Below, piece after piece: positions 37,701-50,769 of a stretch of 64,000 bases of DNA (its first letter is position 1; each line of letters opens with the position of its first letter). The position numbers and the translations under genes were made by a program. Source of the DNA: Zygnema circumcarinatum SAG 698-1b (taxonomy: Eukaryota; Plantae; Zygnematophyceae); NCBI GenBank assembly GCA_037447605.1, contig CM074811.1, forward strand, positions 2,108,001 to 2,172,000. Reading direction: 5' to 3'. The notes beneath the pieces are model-generated. The model saw only the letters and a list, made by a program, of their open reading frames with translations, made no database searches and was not told the origin of the DNA.

Positions 37701-38592
37701 ATCACAGCGTACTTCACAATTTATTTCGAATGTTCTTTATAAAAGTGACCCATGGATCAAGGGCGCTTGCACATCTTTTCCTTGTTCTGTGTGGTTAACC
37801 ATTGGTATTGTGGGGCTGAGCAGGCTGGCAGGGACTTGACTTTCCTAGCAACCAGCATGTTGACAAGCTTGGCGGGCTGTACTGTCTTTGTTCTGGTGAG
37901 TATTGCGACATCTCGTATTCCCCCTCCCTCTGAATTTTTGTTTCATGACGGAAATCAGCTAATGTGAAACTTGGGATCGTAATAAAGAAACTGTATTTAT
38001 CTGATGGCTAGGGTTGCGTTCTCTTGTGCAGGCGGGACAAATGCTGGGAATGGGCTTGGTATCAAATTGGTGGACACTTGTTGGTTTCCAGATGGTGAGT
38101 TACCTTGAATCTCTCATAGACGCAGCCGTTCGAATCTCAGTTGTTTAGAGAATGATCAAAAGGACGACTTCCCCTTTACTGCTCCCTCGCCTGCTCTCTC
38201 TACCCTCTCTCCTCGTCCTCCCTCTTTTCGCATAGCCCTTCAATCACGTGCCCTCGGCACCACCCTGTATGTCTACACCACACTCCATCGTTCACTTATG
38301 TCCTTCCTCTCGTAGTCCCTCCCTTTCACTCCTTCGTTCTCCCCGAACTGACGTCACCACCAGTAGTACTTTCTCGGTGCTTTTTTATTATTATCTGACT
38401 GTGGGGCAGTCCCCCTTTTTCCCCTACAACTTTTGGGTGATTTGTTAACTTGATTATTTGAATCTGGTGTTGACATCACAACAGGTTCGATTAATTCAAG
38501 CGGGTCTGCGGTTGACATCTTCAAAAAGCATCCTTCACGATGAAGAACCTGCTGAAGTGGATTCCAAGAAGCAGCCTTTGCTGGCCACTTAA
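31748..38592 (+). CDS. Chloroplast-type MATE efflux protein, DTX46/EDS5(DTX47) clade (multi-exon)
   Basis: [38 protein letters not shown]|[67 protein letters not shown]; last exon [17 protein letters not shown]...LLAT* (stop 38590-38592). Confidence 0.9.
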
Positions 38593-40836
38593 TATAAATG
38601 CGGAGGCTGGCTTCCATCACTCTCTCTCTTTTTTTCTCTTCTTACTTCTCTCCCCTGACGAAATTGTTTCTGCGGCGCATTGGGTGCCTGAAAGCGTCGG
38701 CATTTCAAGCGGCAGGTGTACAGTGGAAGTTATATGAACTTTTTATCATGGGAAACGACACCGAGTTTTCTATGAATGAGCCTGTCTCCTTCATAGCGCA
38801 GTTTTTATTGCGAGGGAGGCCCCTAGGCAACTGAATGTACAGAAAAATCTTGTTAGCTATTTTTTTTTTCTTCGGTCAAAGACCTTTCTTTTGGCGGAGC
38901 TAGGATTGGTCGAGTGCATACAAGAAGAGCAGCTAGAAAGCTGTCTCTTTTGTCTCTCTTTTAAGTGAATAACAGGCGAGTTGCCATCAGCAGTTGGTAG
39001 CTTTAAAAAGTAAAGGGTGAAGCCATTGGTAAATGGTACGGCAAACGCTTTTCATGAAAATCTTTAAGATGTCAAATTTTCTGCCTCAGTCATTTGCCAG
39101 TCCTTTACATCAAGGTCTTTGACGACTAAAGTTTCTTATTTCTGTGTGGAGACGCTGCAAAGTGGTTGAGTCGAAAAAGCTTTTTCCCCTGGTTTTCAAA
39201 AAGATTGCTTTAGGCTGCTGGATTCGCACGGACAAAGTCAAATCTTATTAAAATTTGGGAAAGTGAACCGTTTCTGTTTACTGCGGCTGTTCCCGAAATT
39301 AAAGCGTGCACCTTTTAAATCAACCATTGTCAAGGCTAATCGTAATGAAAAGTTAAAATGCACGTGCGGGAAACATTTGAACATTTTGAGCTGGTATTGG
39401 AACACAACGAAGGGTGGTTATCACAATGTGCGTCTGTTTTTTGAAGCAAATTTGCTTTCATCAGCCAGTCCCGGGTTGTTGTGCAGAGATATTGTCCTAG
39501 TTTGTCAGCAAGTAATGGATCACTTTTGCTGATTTCCATCCTAAGTCAACGAGTAAAGTTAAGAAGAAGTTATAACCGTTAAAAAGGAAATGTCCTAATG
39601 AATGGATGAAACAGAACTCAATCGTTGCCAAATATTTCCACGTAAACGAGCCCTCTTCAAGGAAGAAGGAAAAGAATTCAAGCACAGCCTTTCACTCCCT
39701 CTTAAAGCTGAAACCACAAGTGTGAGAACACTATCTCCCTACAAAAACCCTTAAAGCAAAAAACGCATCAGTTTTGCCTCCAACAGGATTCGAAATCCTA
39801 AAACCGCGCAACACCCATGGAACGAACAGCACGCTCAGGCTCAAGAAGAAGAATCATTCAATCAAATAATGATGGCATAAAAGATTACAAGGCAACAATC
39901 TTCACTTCCTGCGGCCTACAGAGTTAGAACTACCCTCTTTGACTCTCCGACTAATGTTGAATGCAGCAACATGGCTAGTCAAACCAGACCGCTCTCCTGA
40001 TCGGTCTTCTTACCCTCCTACAGACACCAATGACAAAGAAACCAAAATGAAGCATAAAATTGTACAAGCGAGTCTTCAACAAATCTAAAATTTTGTGACC
40101 TCTCCAGAGAGCTGTGCCCGCAGAGACTGCAATGCACAAACCCTGTAGGCCTTGCCGCCATGTGGCAGCTTATCATAGGTTGAATTTTAGGGCCAGAGAA
40201 AGCATCAGCCGGCCGGCCGTTTGGATAGTGGGAAAGCACCCTCTGCCAGCTACAGCCCCCTCTTCATACGGAGTGAACTTATGCCAACTCTGCCCTGCAT
40301 AGGCTGCTGAATTTTGAGTCTCAAACAAGTTCCTTTCGGGAGACAGCTGACAGTGCCCCCACAACGGTATTGGGAAGAGTGACCACTTATTCCAACTCTC
40401 CTCCTCTCACGGCGCGAGTTTTTTCCAAATAGGTTAAAAAGAATACAGGGTGATTGGGATGCCTCAGCTTCGGAAAGCCCACCCAAAATGGAGGAGACGG
40501 TGAAGGAAACGGAAGGATGGGAGACACTCTTCAACTACTGAGTCTCAGGTCACAGTAGGGCTTCATTAAAAAATACCTCAAGTTTTCACAAACTTCGAAT
40601 GCCGCCGCCTCTCCTGCGCTTCTTCAATGGGAGGCCAAACTCTCGGGGCCTCTAATCCCTTCCAGAAAGACATATCCGAATGAGCCCCTTTCAAACAGCT
40701 CTCACCTTCAAGTACAAGATCGGTTCGCCTTAACTGGAAAATTTTCTGCCCCTCTGCAAAACATTCTTCCAACGAGGCTTCTAAAACACATTGCAAGGGA
40801 CTGCTTTGCCTAGCTAATAACCCCCGCCCTGCATAG

Positions 40837-43047
40837 TCATGCAGTCTGATCCATCCAACTTTGAGACCCTCCCATTGCCATCAACATCCGCTCCCTCTCT
40901 CCTGCTTTCTCTCTAGCGAGAACTGTCACCATATTTCCTCCCGCTGAAGCTGCCAGAGCAGCAGCTACCGCTGCTTCACTGTCTACAGAACGGCCATCCT
41001 TGACCATCCTCTGCCTATGTATCCAAGCCATGTCCGAATCTTCCTCTTGAACGCTAAGGGAAGCTGACCCATTTCGCCTCATTTGAGCCTCTTCATGCTG
41101 CATACCCCAATCAGGCTTCCCAGTAGGGGAGCCCCATTCTCCTACAGCTCCTTGGGGGGGCAACCCCCCTCCAAGAATTCCCATATGTGCAGGAAGGTCA
41201 CGTTCCCTCCACATAGGGCGAGGGACAGGGCTACGACGAGCATTCAAGGCAGCTGCTACAGCCGACTGTTGGGCTGCAGAAGCAGATAGAGGGACAGGGG
41301 AAGACAAGCCTCTCTCACCCTGTAGGCCGCTTGAGAGAGCAGAATGGGAAGGAATAGAGGCGTCCAAGTATTGCTGCAACAGCTGCTCACTGTTCAATCG
41401 GCGAGCTGCAGTGGGAGAACTAAGTCCATTATGTCCAAATTGAGAGGACCTATCTGCAGTGGCAAGTGGCGACCGAACAGGAGACGACATCTGTCCCGCA
41501 TCACCGTAATAATCTTCGGGTTGTGGGGACGGAGGTATCTGCAATCCGAGCCCAGCAAATCCACTTCTTCCCGTCCTAGGAGACATTGACAGCCCCGCTG
41601 AAGCAGCTACTGCAGCCAACCTTGCATGAGTGGAGAGTTGTGCGAATTGCTCAGCTACTCTCTCACTGTCCAAGTCGGCTGATTTACTCTGAAGGGCAAG
41701 CATTGTCTCCACATCATCTTGAGCAGGCATATCCCTCGCATGCAGGGCAGCCCGCAAACGGCTTGCCTGAAACCCATTAGCAAGGTGAAGGGCGGGTGCT
41801 GCTGAAGACTGTGACCACTGACTTGTGCCGGGGCCTGACCCTCCTGAAGGGGACATTGGGGGTGTGGGGAGACTAAACCCATCTGAGTTTTGAGAGAATT
41901 GAGACATCATCAAGACGGAGGAGGGAGACATGGGTGGGAATTCCGTCGATATGCTTACAGAACGCATATCCATGGGGGATGCGGAACGTGGGGAAGGGAT
42001 AGCGGAGCCTGTGGCGGTATAAACTGGCCTTAGTTCTTCTGAAGTGTGAGCGAAGAAGCATACTCGCCGCCCACAACTTGTTCCATCCTTACAAAGCCTG
42101 CAACAAAAATCAAGGTGACGTCAACCGAAAGGGAGTTTGCAAGAGACTAGGAAGACTAAACCAAACACAGTCAGGTAGACATTGGCAAACTAAACTGCGA
42201 TAGAACAACAAAAAATAAACTCACCTTGTTCGATACTGAGCTGGATGCAGCCAGCATTCAAAAACACCATGAGCATACTCGCAATTGTCCCCTCGTCTGC
42301 ACGCTCCCTTCCGAAAGTCTGGGCAAGGTACACAGCTGTAGTGGTAGCGGCGGGGGTCTCTCCTTCTTGCATTCTCCCCAGGGTGAACAAAGGGGCATTC
42401 TGTCCAGTCGTGGCTGTAGGCCCTTGAGCAGGGTCGAACCTTAAAGCTGTACATCCGAAACTCATCTGTTCCGTAAATGCTGTTTTTGATGTCTGGTAGG
42501 GAAGGGTCTGAGGGGTATTCCCGGCCGTTGGTTGCTGAGACAGACGTGTACATATCATCTTCATTGTCCTTTGCAGTTTCTGAATTGGGGGGTGTATTAA
42601 GGCCTGAAGCCTGCATACAACAGTTGCAGAAGACTCTGGTGTTACACTTTCACTACCTTCATCTCAACATATGATAATCTTCACTTTTGAAATGGAGAAA
42701 ACGAGTCACTATCACCTCAAACATGGGTGCATAGAGTAATTAGAGATGAGCTTACTACCTGCTCATCCTCCTCTGATACAGATTCTCCCGGGAAAAGGTG
42801 CTGCCTGCACGCATCGACACCATCTTTCTTGCTTTGGTTGTTCTCCTTGTTTGCCTGGCTCAGAAGCAACCCAACAAGCCCATGTTGGCATGTCAATTTT
42901 GGAGCTGATCCTTTAGTACTGAAAGAGAATAGAGAGAATAAGAAAACAGAGAATAGAGAATAGAGTAGAATAAGCCTGTGAAAAGAGGTATAAGCACACA
43001 GCTTAAACAGGCATTCTACACTCGGTCTCACCACAAGATGTTCCCAT
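40837..43047 (-). CDS. RR-TZF tandem CCCH zinc-finger protein (start codon uncertain)
   Basis: [85 protein letters not shown]|[17 protein letters not shown]. Long Ser/Pro-rich last exon ends at 40837. Confidence 0.9.
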
Positions 43048-43298
43048 GATAATTGCACTCTGTCAAACTTCGCAGTCCATTACGATTTCAACGGGCTTAA
43101 AAGTAGGGCTTGCAATGCAGTGCATATTGGCAGGAGGTTATTGTGTTCCAATAACAAGAGTGAGGGGGAGATTGAGACACCTGTACGATTGTGACTACTC
43201 TGGGCTTATTGCAGCATACGAAGCCAAACAAGAACGTATAGAGCAGATGAACAAGTAAACGATAGAAAACGATAATTCTGGAAAGAGTATTTAAAGGG

Positions 43299-45333
43299 TT
43301 ATGCCGCATACCGCATTGAAAAATGGCGGATCCTGAGACTTCCAAGTAGGTGAGTGCCCACCTCCATCTCCCTCCCTGCATGTCCCAAACATTGCACAAT
43401 GTGAGGATGGAAAGGAAAGGTGCAATAATTCAACGGCCAAGATGTGACAGCAAAAGTCTTCGGAGACAATTTTGTTCCAGAAAATGAAGCAGCACAGCGT
43501 TGATTTCAGGTACATACAAAATCTTGATTTCAGTACTTTATGTTAATGTAGAGCGAGAAAGGAATGAGAAACTCACTTCTGCTCTGTTATCACCCCGTTT
43601 GCTGCCGCTTCTCGCGCAGAATCATCAGCTGCCTTAGCAGCAGCTTTAGCTGATTTAGCCTCCTCTTTCGCTTGCGCAAGTGCTTCTTCCAACTTCTCTT
43701 TAGTTTCCCTGGCCTCCTGTTTATTATGAATAAAGACAAAATCAGCTCTACACACAGTGCCCTTAATCATATTACCAAGAAATCAGCAGACTCCAGTCGA
43801 AATGTGAGGTTGTCCTAAGGGGCTACAGAAAGGCAACACCAAGCAGGTTGTTTTACCTAATGACGAATTTCGACAGAGTTCGACTGGAAAGACATGACTT
43901 CAGAGCAATGAGGTGAAGAAACTTGTAAGAAATGACTAAAAGGGCGTCTGTAAAAGCAATCTCACCCTTTCCGTCACTTCACGAGCTTCAACCTCCTGCT
44001 GCAGCTTCTGATTGTATTGAGCTTCCCGCTGATACATATGAGACTGCCACACTCCAGTCAAATTCCCTGCGAAATCAGAAACTCTACCAAGACACGTTCC
44101 ATGGGCATGCAAGAGGCACGAGAGAACAACGGTGTCGGAATCTGTATGATTTGACGGGAATTCAAAGAGTAACTTTGTGTCGCCTGGTTAATCACCTAAC
44201 TTACCTCAAAGGTTTTGATAATGGACATAAGGTCAGTGCTCTTCATAGACGCCTCGTCAGCCTTCTCTTTATACAGCTCTGCAAGCTTCCTTGTCTGCAC
44301 ATGGCAAAGGCCTTCACATCAGCGACTGCCAAAGCATTGTCGACAGAAACAGAGACAACCAGTCTTTATATCCAAGGAACGACGAAGTTTACAGATTAAC
44401 TACTTACCGTATCCAGTTCTGCAAGCAGGCGCTCCTCTCGCTTTGCAGCCTCCTCAGCTGCAGTTGTGAGCTCCTGCATGCCATGATTCACTCAATCTCA
44501 GAATATGGTACCCTGGAAAGGAAAAGTCACTCTCTACATGGAAGCCTCCCGAGATGGCATGAACCATGACTAAAGAATGACCGACGAGAAGATAACATCT
44601 ACACGTGCTGCAATCCCCTGCTCAGAACAAATGCCTCTCTCTCACCTTGCGAATCATTTCCAGCTGCGAGTCCAGATGCTTGATGCGGTCTTTAGCTTCT
44701 CTCGACGTCATTGCGTCCTGTAACCCACCGTCAAGATGGCAGGTCGTTACGGGGACATGACAGGGAACAGCAGAGACGAGCAGAGCTGCAGATAAGACAG
44801 ACTGCAACCTATGACGATCTAAATCCAGCCGCAGAAGCAATATCTATGCGGGGTACCTTGACAGCACTAGCATGCAAATTGGCGCTTCCACCCTAGAATT
44901 AATGCTCCAGCAGCAGCCTTACAGAGTCATAGTAACCACACCGTTACGTCACGCGAAACATTCACCCTTTCCATCACTAAATCTGCAAGCTCTTACCTCT
45001 CTGCCAGTACACTATTTCCACAACCCGCAATCCACCCTAACCTACTAGAATCAATACGCCCTAAGCAAGGGAGCCCGCTGACTTCAAGAAGGGCCTCCTC
45101 CCCCTTCCCTGAACCTGTCTACCGCAGTCTCCTCACTTGCAACCCTTCAACAATCCTGCCAAGAAATCTCCCAACCCTAGCATCCCATCCTATCTTTCCC
45201 TCCCTCCCTTACTGCCCCGCCCCTCCCCCTACCGCCCATCCCCTTCCTCCACTTCCACGCCCCTCCCTCTCACCGAGTCCGCCATGACGAGCGCGTCCCC
45301 CTCCTCTCCCTCCCCCATCCTGCGCGGAGCCAT
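43299..45333 (-). CDS. Short (~190 aa) coiled-coil protein resembling an N-proximal segment of nuclear pore anchor NUA/Tpr
   Basis: Seven small GT-AG exons give MAPRRMGEGEEGDALVMADS|DAMTSREAKDRIKHLDSQLEMIRK|ELTTAAEEAAKREERLLAELDT|TRKLAELYKEKADEASMKSTDLMSIIKTFE|SHMYQREAQYNQKLQQEVEAREVTER|EARETKEKLEEAL...|EEMEVG...YAA*. The last exon and stop are tentative. Confidence 0.65.
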
Positions 45334-47329
45334 GACCCGACCTCCCTCCTGTTCTCTCTCTCCCTCCCTTCGGGCCTCCCGCTCTCCCTCCCTCTCTCTC
45401 CCTCCCTCTCTCTCCCTCCCGCCCTGGTAGCCGCCCGCGCGCAATCTGCTGATCGGCCCGCCCGCCCGCCCGCCCGGCGCGCGCCAAAGACAAAGACAAC
45501 GACGGACGGCCCTCCGCCGCCGTGTGAACGCACGCGGGACCGTACGGCCTCCCGCCCGGACCCGCCGACGATCCGGCGAAATGGGGCCGTACACGTGTGG
45601 GAATTCAAGGAAGGAATCGCGACCTTTGGAAATTTCAAAACTGGTCCGCCCGCCGGAAACGGGTCGCTGTGAAAACAAACAAAACGCTAACGGGCAGATA
45701 AAAAACGTTTTTCAGAACGTTCCTGGCATAAGAAGCGGAAAAGAAAATTAGTCTGAGAGTGTGGGAAGGCGGTACGTCTGGTCAGGCCAGCGGAAAATAG
45801 TTTCAAAAAAAAAGTAGAAAATGTTTTACCTGACCGGATTTGTGTTGACTTGAGAATCTGGCCGAGGGCGCACCAGCCGCGTGGCCATGTGCCGTACGGC
45901 TACGTATCGCGTTGCGGGCACTTGCCCCCCAACTTCTCTCCAGGGTTCAGGGTTTTGGTACGGCCCCGCCTGCAGAATCTCCCCGACGGCACTTCCCCGG
46001 AGCGGCGGAATCCTGGTCGCCGCCCGGAGATCTTGGCGCCGGGCGAGGGACCCAGGTGAGGACGGCGCACTTTTGTCGCCACGCGGAATGAAGCGACCGC
46101 GCTGACGCCGCATAGGACGGCTCCGGGGAGTCCGTACGTTCGTACGAGAGCGATCCCGCGATCGGATCGCGCCTGCGCAGATCGCCTCATCTTCCGCCAC
46201 GTGGCCGACATGCCAGCCGGCAGCGGGACCGGCCCAACGCTACGCCGCATGGATCCGCCGTTCGCTGTTCCACTGCCGGAGCAAGGAGAGGCCAAGCCTC
46301 GCGGTCGGTGGCCGTACCGTACGAACGCATCCATGGCACGTTCTTTGGTCTTTTCGCGGCCGGTGGGCGGCCGTACGGTGCCGTACAGTGCCCGCCATGC
46401 GAACGGCCCCACCAGGGGGAGGCGTTCCGACGCCGCGCGTCCTCCGTACGACCAGTACGGACAGTGAGACCTTAGCTGCGCGCACGGGGCGCGGCGCAAG
46501 GGGCGGAACCCGCCCTGCGCCGACCTACTACTGCCGTACGGCTAGCGGCAGGAGTAGGTTTACCGGCCGGATTGTCGTTTCTGCCGCTCGCACTGCCGCC
46601 GGCAACCGCGGTTTGCAGCTTGCGTGTCGCTTTTGCACCAGTGACAAACCCATCACCGTACGGTAAGAAAATCAAAAAAGCAACCAAGGTATCTGTTCCT
46701 GATAGTGACCAGGTACAGAGAGAATCTCTATTTGGCGGTACCGTAGCAGGTTGCCCTAATGTTCAAAAACTTGCTGACGTATTGCGCGTCACCGCGCTCT
46801 ATCCGCCCCCCAGCAAAGCCTCTTGAAGGCGCGAACCGCCGTCCGGCCAGTGGCGGACTCCGGCCAATGGCGGGCGGCCACGGCAGGCGCCAATCCTGAA
46901 GGCGGTGGGGCCTGGGGATCGCGCCGCCTGTCGCATGGATGCCATCCGTGATCCCTCCCAAACTCAGTTTTTGCGCCAGCCCGTCGCTGGGGGGCCGGGG
47001 AGGGGGGGGGCGCGCGCAGATTCCAGCCTCGATCCTCGGCGGCGAGGACTACAAATTATTATTACTACGAATGAGTGGCTGCGAAAACCGAGCGCGCAAA
47101 AGTGTCGCTTGCGCAGGCAATAAAGGCGGGAGCGGAGATCTCCATGCACGTGTATGACGCCCTGCCACATGGCGCACTGACACCGCGACACGTGCACTGC
47201 CCAACACGTGGGCGCGTGCATGGCACATGGCGTCATGACCGCCCTCGCACATGCATGGACAAGTCAACGGCATCACTGCATGAATCCGTACATCTCGGAT
47301 TGCCTCGTGCCTTCTAGGGGGTAGAGAGG

Positions 47330-47407
47330 ATGAGGTATGATGGCGAGGCCAATCAAATGCACATGGACAACATCAGCATGGGGAAGGAACCACGAGGAAT
47401 TGGCCGC
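47330..47407 (+). repeat. Dispersed repeat 'A', copy 2, abutting MITE B copy 2
   Basis: atcaaatgcacatggacaacatcagcatggggaaggaaccacgaggaattggccgca. Confidence 0.85.
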
Positions 47408-47410
47408 AAC

Positions 47411-47897
47411 AAGGGGTCTGCATTAGGACGCAGGCAGTGTCGCACATCCTGCTTGCTCAGTGTTTGTTTTAGAATTACAATCAAAAATTCTAAAAGTCAG
47501 ACCGTTTTATAAAACACTTTTAGAATGGTCGGGCAGGCATACAATTGTACAGTACGCTCGTACGATTGGATTGTACGGCAGAGCCAACCCATTCAAGCTC
47601 GTGGGTGTTCAATTGCAGTGGTCGTACGGCAGTTCTAAAAGTGTTCTAAAACTCTGAAACTTTAGATAGTAGGGGGTGTCAGACTTAACAAAATCTTACG
47701 AAAAGCGTTACGAAAAAAAAGGTTACAAAAGTACTCCGCCGCAGGAGGATCGCGATTATACTGGAGTACTCGTTCTGATGTCAAACTTACGAACACGCGT
47801 ACTGAAATTTTTTAAGTCTGACACCCCCTATTAGAACGTTCTAATTTTGAAATCTAAAACTCTAAAAGCAGCTTGTACGGACAAATGTACACCCCTG
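47411..47897. mobile_element. hAT-like MITE family B, copy 2 (interrupted by nested MITE)
   Basis: Colinear with 30201-30498 (ttagaatt.caatcaaaaattctaaaagtcag...ttagaacgttctaatt.tgaaatctaaaactctaaaag...cttgtacggacaaatgtaca.ccct). Degenerate TIRs aaggggtctgcat / atgtacacccctg. No TSD seen. Confidence 0.85.
47670..47830. mobile_element. 161-bp MITE nested in family-B copy 2
   Basis: Perfect 19-bp TIR TAGGGGGTGTCAGACTTAA / TTAAGTCTGACACCCCCTA. Absent from copy 1, which reads ttagata-ttagaacg at the equivalent site. Confidence 0.9.
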
Positions 47898-48019
47898 GTG
47901 CTACAGTAGGGGGTCCTTATATTTTCCACCCTGGGTTAATATGAGGCGAAAATATTGATTTTGCATATATAAGGTTCGTGTTACCAATAGACGGGTGGTA
48001 TTATGTTAGAGTTCATGTT

Positions 48020-48440
48020 GAACCGTACGTAACTTACCGTACCATATCGTATTGTATCTTTTAGCGTCGTATCGTATCGTGCCATATCGTAACGCATAGA
48101 CGTAGTTTTCCGCTCTTTGTTCGTCTCAGCTCGTACGGCTAGTACCGTATCGGGGCGTTTCGTATCGTACTGTAAAATATCGTATCGTATCGTACTGTAA
48201 CGGCTACTACAGCTCGTACGGCTAGTACGGCTAGTACCGTATCGGGACATTTCGTATCGTATCGTATCGTATCGTATCGTATCGTACCGTATCGTATTGA
48301 AGCCAAGAGGAAGGGGAGACGAGCGAGCGCCTCTTACGGCGGCACGTGCGGGGAGATTAGGTGACTTTTGCGTAAGCCCGTAACGGCTAGTACAGCTAGT
48401 ACGGCTAGTACGGTTAGTACGTACAGTTTGGATAGTACGG
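48020..48440. repeat. (CGTAT)n and (GTACGGCTA)n tandem repeats
   Basis: cgtatcgtat... run at ~48252-48297; gtacggcta units at ~48133-48240 and ~48385-48440; local duplication of ctcgtacggctagtaccgtatcggg. Confidence 0.9.
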
Positions 48441-49022
48441 CTAACACAAAGTTACCGTACAAAAGGGTGGTTTCGGCAAAATCGGGGGCGAATTTCTTGG
48501 GGACGCACTCCTCAGGGCGGTAAATACGAGGACTGTTAACTGTACTACCTTACCGTACGATACGGTACGCCGATGCGGTGCTACAGGCACCACCCATAGC
48601 CGTACACATGCTGCAGGCACGTACCACGTCACCACGCACCAATCAGAAGCCGAGGCCTTGCGGGCTATGGGCAGCGCCAGTGAAGCTTTCTATCAATTTA
48701 GGGTTTGAGTCGAGCTCAGCTTAGAAGCAAGCTAGTTTTTTCGCATCGACGTAGCGGAAAATGAATCGACATTAGTAGAAGGTTTGCTAAATTTGATGAA
48801 AAAAGTCCTAATTGCATAAGAAGCTTGTTTGTTGTCCTCATGCGTTATTTAAATCCAGCCTTATTCATAATATGCCCCGGACTTTAACCTAATTCAGGTT
48901 ACTTGCCTCCCATGTCCTGTCCACGTTCTAGCGAGAACCATAGGAAAAGGTTCACTCTAAAATTCTAGAAACCCTAAAAGTTGTGCTACATACTCCCCCC
49001 TCCCTGCCACTATCTTCAGGAG

Positions 49023-50769
49023 ATGGCTTCCAGAAGAGGACTTAACTTGTTTCGGACCGCTCTGAATGTGCCGTCTGCAAGACCTAAACCGTCCTTTTGG
49101 TAGGTTACTAACCCTACAAACCCTAAAAACCCTAAAAACCTGAAAGCGTTAAAATTTGTATCGCTCAAATCGCTGAACCTCTCAAAAGTTTACCTCTCTG
49201 ACAATGCAGTTGGCGGCGCCCCTTTTCTACCCCGTCAGAGTTCAATGTTTTGGAGGGCGTCGCTGAGGAATCGCACCGAGTGCGCATTGATGGGTATGGT
49301 GGACCCATACATGCCACGTGTCAACACATGCCACGTGTCAATATTTCACATTCCCACTCATAACGAAGTTAACAGTAGCATCAACACTGTCATTGGCAGT
49401 AACATTAACGATAGCACTAACAGTTGTAATTGCAAGGATTGCAAAACCCAAAGATCTTAAGCCCTGAAATCCCCAACCCTACAGCCTTGACCTTATCCTT
49501 GAATCCTGGATCTCTCAATGCTTGGATTGTAGCGCTGATGTTGACATCGGGAAAGTTGAACAGGGATCAACACTGGTTCGTTTGCTGAAGGCGTTGACCT
49601 TGACATTGTCGTTGATGTTGACCTTGACATTAACCTTGTACTTGAACTTGAGTCTGAACTTCAACTTCGAATCCAAATCTAAGCTAAGTTCAAGCTCAAC
49701 AACATCAACTTAACTTAAACTAACTGAACCTCAACTTCAACTTTAACGACAACTTTGGACTGAAACTTGAACATTAAGCTTGACCGTGACCTTGCTCTTG
49801 ACTTTTTGATTCTGCTTTTGGCATTTTTATCCCCCTCCCTTGTTTTCTGTGCTTTGACGGTGACATTTGGACTCACAATGTTGCAGGTATGACGAGACAG
49901 GCTTCACTGTAAACGGAGTCGATGTGACGTCAGCGGTGTTCTGCATGGGCGGCTTTGCAGCCAAGTGGAGCCCTCAGAGCATGGCAGAAGTCACCCCAGA
50001 GAGGTGCTTCCATAAAACCTTACAATTAGTAAAAAAAGTAAAAAGTTCTGAAATCTGCAAGTAAAATTACAGTTGTACGCCCTTCAACGTTTCAGGATTC
50101 GTGCAGAAGCTCAGACAGTAAACGCAAGCTTTGAAATCTTTGAAATCTAAGATCAAGAACCGGAATACTAGGGTATAGGTTATGTATGCTCCACTCCTTT
50201 CAATAATGATGTGAAGTTTTTGCCTGCAGCCATTCCTCTGCTAATGGGCTCATTGTATATCTGATGCAGTTTGGCTTTTTTGGAGATTCTTGAGCCACCA
50301 CCAGGTGAGGAAATGCCTTTCCCTCCCCGATTTGGCTTTTGTAATTTGGATTTTGTTTTTATTTTTATTTTATTTTTTATCAATCGAGTCACCTTTTGAA
50401 GCCAGATTTTATTTTTTTCTGACTGCTGTTGCTGTAATTTTGAGCCACAGAACTGCTCATTCTCGGCTGCGGGTCAAGCATGCAAAATGTGAGCCCAGAA
50501 ATCCGCACCTTCCTCCGCTCCAAGGGGATAAAGGTGGAGCCGATTGCCACTGTGAGTCACTCTCTCTGGGTTTGCATGGAACGAAATTTTTCTTGTTGGA
50601 GCCAAAGCCGTCAAAAGGTTTGGGTTCCTTTATTTGGGAGGAGGTTTCGTTGTTCTCATGTCTTTGTTTGAAACTTGTGTTGTAGAGAAATGCCGTCGGA
50701 ACGTACAACTTGCTTTCAGAGGAAGGGCGGCAGGTGGCGGCTGCTCTGCTTAGACACGGCTGCAATTGA
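49023..50769 (+). CDS. NDUFAF3: NDUFAF3 / Mth938-like (DUF498) complex I assembly factor with mitochondrial presequence
   Basis: MASRRGLNLFRTALNVPSARPKPSF|CWRRPFSTPSEFNVLEG...RIDG|YDETGFTVNGV...|LAFLEILEPPP|ELLILGCGSSMQNVSPEIRTFLRSKGIKVEPIAT|RNAVGTYNLLSEEGRQVAAALL...* (stop 50767-50769). Confidence 0.9.
49479..49526 (+). repeat. 48-bp dispersed repeat (second copy 52436-52483), followed by degenerate hexamer-period intron repeat (~49575-49800)
   Basis: ctacagccttgaccttatccttgaatcctggatctctcaatgcttgga vs ctacaaccttgaccatatccttgaatccttgatatctcaatgcttgga (4 mismatches). Confidence 0.8.

Noticed and set aside
45500-47320. Many overlapping ORFs up to 199 aa
   Set aside because: Open in several frames on both strands, with no transposase or other domain recognisable; an artefact of high GC.
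47897-48586. 10-bp direct repeat ggtgctacag as TSD of a ~670-bp element
   Set aside because: No terminal inverted repeats or tail; a 10-mer match within 1 kb is compatible with chance.
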